64,000 nt of DNA from Catajapyx aquilonaris (taxonomy: Eukaryota), in the NCBI GenBank assembly GCA_000934665.2, contig KZ537989.1:62001-126000 (forward strand), in the 5' to 3' direction. The notes under the pieces are model-generated. The model searched no databases, was not told where the DNA came from, and saw only the letters and a program-made list of their open reading frames with translations. The position numbers and the translations under genes were made by a program. Each line of letters begins with the position of its first letter. The stretch's first letter is position 1. Of this stretch, positions 30,007 to 40,270 are shown piece after piece.

Positions 30007-30989
30007 ATGATATCTGCATATTTTGTTCTTGTTACTGGGTGGTTCCATTTCAGATCAGCCAGTGAGTGAAAAAAGGTGTCTAGTGATAGTCATCGATTTT
30101 TTGAAAAAAATATATGTCAAACCTACATCCAATTGAACTCTTGTGGAGCAATCAGTTTTACGAGATTAAATTTAGTTATCGAGATATTAATATTTCTTTG
30201 AAGGGGTACCAAAATCACGATCAGGTGAAGACGCACTTTTTCCCGCTTTTTGGCCGTGGGAAACTTATGGGTTACCTACTTATGTGTTACGTATGGGTTA
30301 ATTATTCGTGGGATAAGGGTTACTTATGGGTTACACACTTATGGGTAACCTATGGGTAACCTATAGGTTACCTTATGGGTCACTTATGGGTTCCCTACTT
30401 TTGGGTTACTTATGGGTCACTTATGTGTTACGTATTGGTCACTTATGGGTCACTTATGGGTTACTTATGGGTTAATTCTTTATATGGGTTACTAATGCGG
30501 TAATTACGTATGGGTAACTTCAGGGTTACGTATGGGTAACTTATGGCTCACTTATGGGTTACCGGTACCTACTTATGGGTCACTTATGGGTTACCTACTT
30601 ATGTGTTGTGTTATGTATGGGTTAATTATTTGTGGGATAAGGGTTACTTATGGGTTACATACTTATGGGTATCTTATGGGTTACATACTTATGGGTTACC
30701 TTATGGGTCACTTATGGGTATCTTATGGGTTACATACTTATGGGTTACCTTATGGGTCACTTATGGGTATCTTATGGGTTACATACTTATGGGTAACCTA
30801 TAGGTTACCTTATGGGTCACTTTATATGGGTTCCTACTTATGGGTTCCCTACTTATGGGTTACTTATGGGTTACTTATGTGTTACGTATGGGTCACTTAT
30901 GGGTTATTACTTATGGGTTACCTACTTATGGGTTAATTATGTGTGTTAAAATGGGTTAATTATGTATGTGTTAAAATTGGTTAATTATA

Positions 30990-31411
30990 CAGGGTGTATC
31001 TGAACTCAGTGCCCCGACGTATATGACTGCCTTCCTAGCCACCAGAGGATCGATTTAAGTATAGGAGTCATATGTCTGGGCAGCCTCATTACTGAGATAC
31101 ACACTAGCGATTTTTGCCTAATCGCTCCTTCTGACTTTTAAATAGAATTTTCTGGTGTAACTAGCCAAAGAGGCCTTACCACCTGTGGGCAACAAACCAA
31201 CAAAGTCCCGCCCCCAGACCTTCCAGAGCCTTCTGACTGGGGGAGGGTTCGATGGGTGGCCTAACCGACAGGATATTTTGTACTACATGTTTGCGGCCAA
31301 TTATCTCCGTAATGAGGCTGCCCAGACATATGACTCCTATACTTAAATCGGTCCTCTGGTGGCTAGGATGGTAGTCATATACATCGGGGCACTGAGTTCA
31401 GATACACCCTG
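30990..31411. mobile_element. Tc1/mariner-type MITE (422 bp) inserted in the satellite
   Basis: TA|cagggtgtatctgaactcagtgccccga ... tcggggcactgagttcagatacaccctg|TA; TIRs about 110 bp, near perfect; reconstructed empty site gttaattatatatgggttta exists at 33261-33280. Confidence 0.93.
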
Positions 31412-33424
31412 TATATGGGTTTATTAAGGGTTACGTATGGGTAACTTGTGTTACTTATGGGTTACCTACGTATGGTTAATTATTTATGGGTTACTTATGG
31501 ATTACTTATGGGTATTTCATGGGTTATTTATTTATGAGTTGGTTACTTATGGGTTACCTACTTATGGGTCACCTACTTATGGATTGCCTACTTATGAGTT
31601 ACATACTTAAGGGTTACTTATACGTTACTTATGGGTCACTTATGGGTTACCTACGTATGGATTAATTATTTATGGGTTAATTATTTATTGATTACAAATG
31701 CGGTAATTACTTATGGATTACTTAAGGTTTACTTATGGGCCACTTATAGGTTACTTTTGAGTTACTTACTTATATGGGTTAATTATTTGTCGGTTAATTA
31801 AGGGTTACGTATGGGTAACTTATGGGTTATATACATACGTATGGGTTAATAATTATTTATTGGTTACCCCTGTTGTAATTACTTACGGGTTACTTTAGGG
31901 TTACTTGTGGGTTACATACTTATGGCATAATTATTTATGGATTACTTATGGGTTACCTACTGATGGGTCACTTATGGGTTACTTATGGGTCAAATTTGGG
32001 TTACTTATGGGTTACCTACGTATGGGTTAATTCTTTATATGGGTTACTAATGCGGTAATTACGTATGGGTAACTTCAGGGTTACGTATGGGTAACTTATG
32101 GCTCACTTACTTATGGGTTACCGGTACCTACTTATGGGTCACTTATGGGTTACCTACTTATGTGTTACGTATGGGTTAATTATTTGTGGGATAAGGGTTA
32201 CTTATGGGTAACCTATGGGTTACCTTATGGGTCACTTATGGGTATCTTATGGGTTACATACTTATAGGTAACCTATAGCCTATACTACTATAGGTTACCT
32301 TATGGGTCACTTATGAGTCCCTTACTTATGGGTTACTTATGGGTCAAATTTGGGTTACTTATGGGTTACCTACTTATGGGTTAATTATGTGTGTTAAAAT
32401 GGGTTAATTATGTATGTGTTTATTAAGGGTTACGTATGGGTAACTTGTGTTACTTATGGGTTACCTACTTATATGGGTTAATTATTTGTCGGTTAATTAT
32501 GGGTAATTACGTATGGGTAACTTATGGGTTATATACATACGTATGGGTTAATTATTTATTGGTTACTAATGTGGTAATTACTTACGGGTTACGTCAGGGT
32601 TACTTATGGGTTACTTATGGGTTACCTACTTATGGCTAAATTATTTATGGGTTACTTATGGGTTACCTACTGATGGGTCATTTGTGGGTTACCTATTTAT
32701 GGGTTAATTATGTAAAAATGGGTTCATTATATGAGTTAATTATGGGTTAATTAAGGGTTACATATGGGTAACTTGTGTTACTTATGCGTTATTTATGGGT
32801 TACCTACGTATGAGTTAATTATTTATGGGTCACTAAGTGTTACTTTGGGTTACTTATGGGTTACCTACGTATGGGTTAATTCTTTATATGGGTTACTAAA
32901 TGCGGTAATTACGTATGGGTAACTTATGGCTCACTTACTTATGGGGTTACTTATGGGGTCACTTATGGGTTACCTACTTATGGGTCACTTATGGGTTACC
33001 TGCTTATGGGTTACCTACTTATGGGTTACCTACTTATGGGTTACGTATGGGTTAATTATTTGTGGGATAAGGGTTACTTATGGGCAACTTATGGGATACA
33101 TACTTATGGGTATCTTTAATATGGGTTACATACTTATGGGTAACCTATGGGCTACCTTATAGGTCACTTATGTGTTACGTACACGTATGGGTCACTTATG
33201 GGTTACTTTATGGATCACTTCTGGGTCACATTTGGGTTAATTATGTATGTGCTAAAATGGGTTAATTATATATGGGTTTATTATGGGTTTATTAAGGGTT
33301 ACGTATGGGTAACTCGTGTTACTTATGGGTTACCTACGTATAGGTTAATTATTTATGGGTTACTAATGCGGTAATTACTTATGGGTTACATAAGGGTTAC
33401 TTACGAGTCACTTATGGGTTACTT

Positions 33425-33765
33425 TTTTTAAATATATACTTCGTGATAGGGCCATGGGCCCTTATAGGGGAATGGAATACCACCATTTTTCTGCAATTTT
33501 CTACTTTTTCTTCTAACTCCGCTGCAAGGATGAAAGGACATGGGGTAAGGATAGGGATTTTGGGGAGGGAACATAGGTGCAAGTGCAATGTCGACAAATG
33601 GGTCATGTGCTGTTCCCCAGAAGGCTAGGTTGCCAGACACCTCCTTGGTGCAGGTCAGAGACCCTCCCGACGCAGGTGAAAGGAAAGTTCCCCAGGCGGG
33701 GATCGAACCTGGGGCCTTTCACTCAGCAAGCCGAGACGTTACCATCTCGGGCACCACACCTCCCC
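33425..33765 (-). mobile_element. tRNA-derived SINE (about 340 bp)
   Basis: Minus-strand head GGGGAGGTGTGGTGCCCGAGATGGTAA (A-box-like) ... GGTTCGATCCC (B box, + 33699-33709), unrelated body, short 3' hairpin, A-rich tail; flanked by cttatgggttactt at 33411-33424 and 33766-33779. Confidence 0.8.
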
Positions 33766-34099
33766 CTTATGGGTTACTTACTTATGGGTTACCTACTTAT
33801 AGCGTAATTATTTATCGGTTAATTAAGGGTTACGTATGGGGAACTTATGGGGAACTTATGGGTTGCTTATTAACATTTATTATTAAAACAAATAACCACA
33901 ATAAAGATGGGTATGGGTAAAAAAGAACTTTCCATGTTCCTGTAATAACTGGCCGTGGTCTGCGAGTGACCCTAATACCATGCAAGTAAAAATTAGGGTG
34001 TGACATTTCCAGTGTACCGATTGCAAACTCGGTGTTTATCATTGTAACCGAACATTGCGTAATTCCTCGCACAATGTCACCCGGACGCAAGGAAACCGG

Positions 34100-34937
34100 C
34101 TGGTAGAACACTTGCTGCCGCTGCCGGTATAAAGAGCGGTAACAAACACGGAAATTGTGGCGTTGAAATGGTCCTCTGCTAGGAGAAGAGATCTTACCAC
34201 CGGATGCAAACTCATTGCCTCCCCACGTCTCAGTTTGTCTCTGGCTTCAGTCATGTAGACTTCAAAATATATGAACCGACATATACAGTCACACGATGAC
34301 CTTTGAGGTTCCGGGTCATGTCCGTAAACAAGTATCTTCATCTGACCTTCTGACCTCGGTAGAACCCGAAGTCCACAATGGAAGGCTGACCCTGATCGCA
34401 GAAGAAGCAGACGAAGGTCAGCCTGAGTCCCCTGCCCCTTCCCCGGAGAGGCCATGAGCTTGAACCTGACCCCTGAGGTCATGGTGTCTTACAGAAGGGC
34501 CTGGTCCATCGCAGGACGAGTGGTGTTTGAGGATGTGGAAATGAAGAAGAAGGGGTCGTGTAGGTTCCTGACCCGGAGGGAGGAGGAGGTGTGGACCATC
34601 AGGAAATGAGATATGAGGGGAGGGAGGGATGGGAGTGGTGGAGATGACGATGGACCAATGAGAAGGATGTTGAAGGCGCAGGGTGGACCAGGACTTCATC
34701 TCTGCGGACATGCTGGTGAAGGAGAAGGGCTCCTCCTGCGTGACCCCTGCTGACCCTGGTGATGATGGGTAGGAGGAGGAGGAGTCCATCACGGTGGTCA
34801 CCCTCTCCACACTCCCTCTGGTCAGGAGGTCACGGATCCAGTCCACTGGGACCCTCTTCACCTCCCTTCCCTCACTATCACTATCTGTATCTCACACTAT
34901 CTTGATGAAAGAGTCTTCCCACACCCGGCCCTGAGGC
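34100..34937 (-). pseudogene. Decayed fragment resembling a divergent ionotropic receptor (IR, variant iGluR): N-terminal region and start of S1
   Basis: Stitching frames gives ...LTFVCFFCDQGQPSIVDFGFYRGQKVR*RYLFTDMTRNLKGHRVTV... then ...VRSLLLAEDHFNATISV, recalling IR motifs CxxC..G.P, LFPDxxxNxxGxxxxV and LAxxLNFT; in-frame stops (e.g. TGA at 34338-34340) and frameshifts; strong acceptor tcttcttacttcag at about 34938. Confidence 0.55.
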
Positions 34938-35531
34938 CTGAAGTAAGAAGACGAGCAGAGAATGTTCCAGATCTGGTTCTGATAATGCGACACTGGTATT
35001 CGCATATGGCCAGATATGGCAGTGGGCAAAAGTGCAAGTATCACCTATCACACAGAGTAGAACTATTGTTACCATGTTCAGGCAGTAAAACTTGAACGGC
35101 ACAAGTTTTGATACGATTCCCGTATTAAATAATATATCGGGTACCGTATACTTTACGTTTGTCCAGGACACAACCACTTTTGCCACCTTTCCGTACGACT
35201 TTGCTGTGCGACAAGGTGTAGGCCTATGTATAACAGAAGTATTCACAGACTACAGGCTTGCCCTGTAATTAGGTGTCCATCAGTTACCCAGAACAGTAAT
35301 GTTCATGCCGTGAACAGCAATAATTACGTTCCCTTGTACCAAAAGTGCTTCCAATTTGGGCAATTGCCAGGTGCGCCTATCAACGTAACTGATCTACCTG
35401 CGACATGTTGGAGTGTTTTATAATTTAGCGCAGATCCATATTGGTCGGCATGCTTTATCCTTCATTTGCTGACATGTATTCTATGTAGTCTATGTAGTCT
35501 AAATACAGTAGTGAAGTACTGTATAGTCTAT

Positions 35532-35922
35532 GTACAGACCGGTCCAATCGGTCCAGTCCAGTCAGTGCAGGCAGTCCAGCAGTCAGTACAGGTCCATCCA
35601 GTCAGTCAAGTCCAGGCAGTCCAGTCCGTACAGACCAGTCTAGTCAGTCTAGTACAGGCCGTCCAGGCAGTCCAGTCCAGTCCAGGAAATCCAGGAAGTC
35701 CAGTCAGTACAAACTAATCCAGGCAGCCCAGTCCACAGTCAGTACAAACCAGTCCAGTCAGTACAGGCCAGTCTACTCAGTCCAATCCAGTACAGGCCGT
35801 CCAGTCCAGTCCAGGAAGTCCAGGAAGTCCAGTCAGTACAAACCAGTCCAGTCAGTTAAGGCCGTCCAGGCAGTCTATAGGCAGTCCAGTCCATGCAGTC
35901 TATAAGGAAGTCCAGTCAGTAC
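35532..35922. repeat. Degenerate CCAGT/CAGT-based tandem repeat
   Basis: Runs of ccagtccagtcagtacag, ccaggcagtccagt and ccaggaagtccagt. Confidence 0.9.
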
Positions 35923-36481
35923 ATCATAATTATGGCATGTGGGTTTTGATCAAGTCCTTGTATCCGTCTCGTACATGATACGTGAACTTGCAGTCACACA
36001 TCTCGATTCTTTACTATATGATAGTGATTATTAATTTATACATATTTCATATCCCAGTTGAACGACAAAGGCCATTAATATTCTCTGAAACAAAAAAAAT
36101 AATGACGTCGACTTAGTTGATGGCAGCTGCTTCTTTAAAAACCACTGGGATAATCAAAGCGCATATTTTCAACGTCACCTAAGAAGGAACTCGCAACCAA
36201 TTACAATGCAAAGAACTGGTATAATAATTTGTTACAATAATTTGTCTTCTCCCTCGACACCCTCCATCCTGCAACACACTTTGGACGCAGCATGCAACTC
36301 TTCAAGCTACTAATCAGACACTGAGTGAGAGGTGCCCAGTAATTATATTTTGTAAGCAACGTGACCCTCAATTTGAAGGGAAGGAATAAACAGCAACGTT
36401 CCTTATGGTCAACAATATTATTTTCATTGAAATGATGAAACCAACAAGAATGAGAAAAAAACCAACAGTGATGATGGATGA

Positions 36482-36889
36482 TCAGTAAGGCGAAGGCAGA
36501 GAGTCTCTAGCGTTCTGCATGCAGAGGGGTAAGCTCTCGACGGATCCTCTTCCGTATCTGGGCACTGCGTTTCCGCCCTCAGCCTGGTGTCCCGGGGACC
36601 GGTGGTACGTGAACACCACCACACTGTGTCCGTGCAGCTTCGGGTCTCCTGGATAGGTCACCACGGAGACCAGTCGATATCCCAGTTGCTCCAGGGCGTT
36701 GGTCAGATCGATGGCAGGGTGGGTCTTGGGGTGACCCCTGAACTCCACCTTGCTGGGTGCCACCAGGTCGGGCGGATCCCAGAACACCCGGTTCAGGTAC
36801 CGCATCAGCTGGTGCACCTCCCGGTTGCATAGGCCTTCCACCACATGGGTCGAGCGGTACGCCTTCGAAGTCACGATCACGAACGGCAT
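36482..36889 (-). CDS. GFRP/GCHFR-like small-domain protein, paralogue A (135 aa from MPF; CDS intronless; longer N-terminus possible)
   Basis: MPFVIVTSKAYRSTHVVEGL...HPAIDLTNALEQLGYRLVSV...VVVFTYHR; frame is open upstream to 37090; clear homology to the gene at 38324-39261. Confidence 0.75.
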   Translation of the reverse strand: MPFVIVTSKAYRSTHVVEGLCNREVHQLMRYLNRVFWDPPDLVAPSKVEFRGHPKTHPAIDLTNALEQLGYRLVSVVTYPGDPKLHGHSVVVFTYHRSPGHQAEGGNAVPRYGRGSVESLPLCMQNARDSLPSPY

Positions 36890-38323
36890 CTTCTCACTCT
36901 CGAGTGCCCGGGGTACACCACCGACGTAACGGACTTCCTGGTCAGATCTGTGCCCTTTCGGGTATCGGTACGTCCTGGCCGCTCCGATCGATCCCGGCCC
37001 TAACGCAATGCCATGGAAAGACGCAGGCGCCCGGGTGGCAGGTGACGTCATGCACAATGTTAAAGGCACTGTCGAAACTGTGCCATTCACAATACCATTT
37101 TCAGTATAAAAAGAGGAAACTTTGGAAAGGGCAGATTACTCCGCATTTGTTTCTTTGGTGGACGTACAGTACAACTTGTCAGGTTATTACTAATCAAAAA
37201 TGGACTCGACATTTTATCAACAGTGCAAAAGTTTCTTGAGCCAGCAGAAGGTTTGATGAGGATTAGCAATTAACAAGCTCCATCGAGAAAAAAAATTATG
37301 TTTTGCAGGAGTCATAATCGTGACCCAGAACTGGTTAGGAATGATCTCTGGGTTGACCATGCATTTTTGAATTATAAACATGTAAAGCTCGAGTAATTGC
37401 TTTTTAAAAATACAAAAGAGGCTGCCATTAAAAAATGCCCAGCAGGTTTGACCTTTCACACATTTTGCAATAGCTTTCTAGTTTCTGGCAATTGCACTAT
37501 CAACAACAGAATTCATGTTCAGCGTTTGACTAATGAAATGGAATGAAGTACAGTAACTATTGCTCTATATATCTATAGTATATCATGATGTATGGAAAAA
37601 AAAAACTGTCGAATTCTGCCACATTAGGTATATGCAATGGTTTTAAAATTCTGGAATTAAATATTAGTCACAAACCTATGCCTTGTTTTACGAAACGCTG
37701 CTTCTCCTCGGGCTATCCTCAGAGCCTAAACTGCGGTATGTGGTATAGGCTATCATCAATATCATCATCATCATCTTATCATAATAATAACAGTCGTTTA
37801 AATAATGTAAGGGCTACTTTAAAACACTGGCATAATTTGTAATATCCAGTGTGCACTGACTTCAATTTCATTTAGTCAAATATTTTATATAAAAGTGTAT
37901 CTGTAACAAGTATGGTACTGAACTTGAACACACCAAATATTTCAAAAATTTCATCCTTAAAAAAGTGGGCCCGTTTGTGTCAAAATGGATTAAGCTGACT
38001 CTAAACACCAGCTTGTACAATTTCTCACATGATTACATTATCATATTATTTACATAACAACAAAATGCGAATATCAGCTAAATCCGTATTATTTGAATAG
38101 AGGCACAACAAACGCAGTTTAAAAATGGTCTTATGGAACAGTAAAGACTCCTCAACCGTTCCATTTTTCAATAATACAGTATCTCTAAAATATTACTTAA
38201 CCTATAAATAAGCAGCGATGGTCGACATATTAATTTCTTCAATTTCAGTGGAAAAGTACGAGAGTTTGGCTTCAGCAGGGACATGACCAGTTTGCATTAG
38301 AGATTTGACAACGACATAGAGCC

Positions 38324-39261
38324 CTACTCTTCCCCTTCTGCTTCTTCGGCTGGAGGCGCAGTAGGGGTGGCAGGGTCAAAGGGGTCCTCCTCTCTGAGTT
38401 CCTCTGGGGGCAGAGGGTGGGACAGGTACCCAGGAGAGGGTGGTGCTGTGTTCGGAAGTGACCTTCCCCCGTCCGGCCCGTCCCACCCGGACTGACCCCA
38501 TCCCCTGATGGAGAGATTCTCCGATGAACCCAGAGGACTGTTAGGATTTGACCTCCTGGTCCGCACCGAAGGAGGTCGAGGAGGGTACAGGGTGGGCATT
38601 GAGCCCCTCCTCTGGGTCTCCTCCACCAGCCTGGCATGAGCTGGATGAGTCCCAGCTGAAACGGACAAGGCTGATTTATTGGCCTGAAGTTGCCGAGCAG
38701 ATGACCTTTTGTACCTGGAGTAGTGGCGAGAGGCGAGGGCGGGCGGGAGTGCCTGCTGGTTGGGCTTCGACGTTGCATGAACTCTACAGGGGTCATGGCG
38801 GCCAGGGCAGCCTCGTAGGACGGAGGGGCTCCCGAGGCAGTGTCGTCGTCCCTGCTGTTATTGGGCACTATCACGCTGGGAGGCCTGCTGGTGGGGGTCT
38901 GGGGCGCCGTACTTGGGAGAGGACGGTGCATGGTCCAACCGATGATCCTGGTCGAGGCATACCCGTCATCGTCCGAGTAGCCAGCCACCGAGATCAGCTT
39001 GTACCCAAGGTCCTCAAGGGCGTTAAGAAGGTCTGTTGTAGGATGATTGGTCAGATTGCCCTGTACAAACCAAGTACAATCAGTGTACTACGCCGAACCT
39101 GACTCATGTAGGACTACCTTGAATGCCACCTTGCTCTGGGTGATGACCTCCACCTGCGTCCATCCAGTTCTGGCCGCGACCTGTCGCACCTCGAACCACG
39201 TAAGTCCTTCCACCACATGGCGAGAACTGTACGACTTCCTCTTAACCACCACATAAGGCAT
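38324..39261 (-). CDS. GFRP/GCHFR-like small-domain protein with long Pro-rich tail and PPxY motif, paralogue B (273 aa, 3 coding exons)
   Basis: Exons 39261-39118 (GCCAAC-ATG; MPYVVVKRKSYSSRHVVEGL...SKVAFK), 39060-38715 (GNLTNHPTTDLLNALEDLGYKLISVAG...IIGWTMHR...APPSYEAA), 38655-38324 (TAG); 57- and 59-nt GT-AG introns with matching phases. Confidence 0.82.
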
Positions 39262-39726
39262 GTTGGCTCCTCCAGCAGGGGCGCTGACCTATAGCTGCCT
39301 CCCACGAAGAAGAAGGCACCGAGAGAGATATGTTCCGTTACCTGTTGCTGCAAAATGGCCGCCCGGGTCGTCAGCAGGACAGCCAGTGCTGCACCGTGGG
39401 TATTACCTTGCCCGTGGCGTCTGTTCGTCCGCCCTTCTCGATTTACCAGCAGCACCAGCGGGACGGGACGCTCATTTCACTTGTTTTGGCGCAGTTGGAC
39501 GACGTCACTGACGACGACGGGCCTGGGTTTCTATCGATTGGGTTGGGACGCGCAGGGCTGCCTGGCTGGCGTTTAAGCTATGGCGCCACTTCCCACATCA
39601 CTGCCCTTTGCCATACAGCGGTCCCTTTTCACGCAGACTATACGCAGCAGACATAATGTCGCGTGTTACGTCCATGCAATCCCACCGTCATTTGACGCTG
39701 ACGCAGGAGGTGTGGGTGGTGGTATT

Positions 39727-40270
39727 TCACACATTGTGTCCCAATGACTCATCTGGATGAATCACTTTCAGGGAGTTAAATGCGCCAGGGCCCAACTGAC
39801 ATTTACCAATGACATTTTCGTAGAATTGCTCACTGAAAAGTTGGCCATCATTTGCCATCATATTAATCCAGCCCACCTTTTCATTTCCCTTCATATTTGT
39901 CATGTACTTACGGCAGTAATATTCTGAGGCGAGAGGCAGGTTCTTGCTCGTAGCAGCCTGGACGTAATTCACTTCCCTTGAGCAGAGCATCTGCCGGTGG
40001 TATGAGGTTAGGAGGGTTAATGGCGTGGACGTTGACTTTGCAGCTGCAGGTGCTGGTGTTCCTGCGGTCTAGGACGCAATTGCCAGGTCAGCCTCGTTAG
40101 TTGACTGCTGCAAAATGGCACGGCCTCCTGTTTACAGTCCTTTACTCCGCAGCTGTTGACCTACTCAGACGAAGCGCCTGGGTGATATGCGTCTTGCACA
40201 TCAGTGGTACATGTTGGGTAGCCATGAAGGGTCAGGATAACCCACAATATGCTGACTCGGAAGGTTTTGC
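39727..40270 (-). other. Possible additional spliced exons (small unknown protein, or 5' UTR of paralogue B)
   Basis: Good acceptor (long pyrimidine tract + tttcag, about 40271) and a gtaagt...cttttcag intron at 39911-39833; one splice path gives an open frame ending ...QFYENVIGKCQLGPGAFNSLKVIHPDESLGHNV*. Confidence 0.3.

Larger units (their letters stand above)
30263..33868. repeat. Strand-asymmetric tandem repeat, about 11-bp core CTTATGGGTTA/CTTATGGGTCA, with higher-order blocks
   Basis: Very many degenerate copies of acttatgggtt; longer blocks recur at about 30471, 32026 and 32875; interrupted by insertions at 30990-31411 and 33425-33765. Confidence 0.97.

Noticed and set aside
30532..33374. 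Several ORFs rich in YGL/LWVT/LMG
   Set aside because: Translations of the 11-bp satellite in all three frames; no splice structure or protein-like complexity
33690..33765. Functional tRNA gene
   Set aside because: A/B boxes are present but I could not form a clean acceptor stem, and it continues into a body with an A-tail, as in a SINE
30263..33868. CRISPR array or true telomere
   Set aside because: No unique spacers between constant repeats; eukaryotic context; internal position, degenerate units and not TTAGG
34370..34410. AFHCGLRV resembling a tyrosine-recombinase motif
   Set aside because: No other recombinase motifs; a different frame explains the region better as IR-like
37043..37050. 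CRE site upstream of paralogue A and a near-CRE upstream of B
   Set aside because: Short motif that occurs several other times in the window; no evidence of shared regulation
38548..39102. 184-aa plus-strand ORF (likewise 36757-37239, 9860-10396 and 27663-28136)
   Set aside because: Antisense to well-supported exons; no independent motifs
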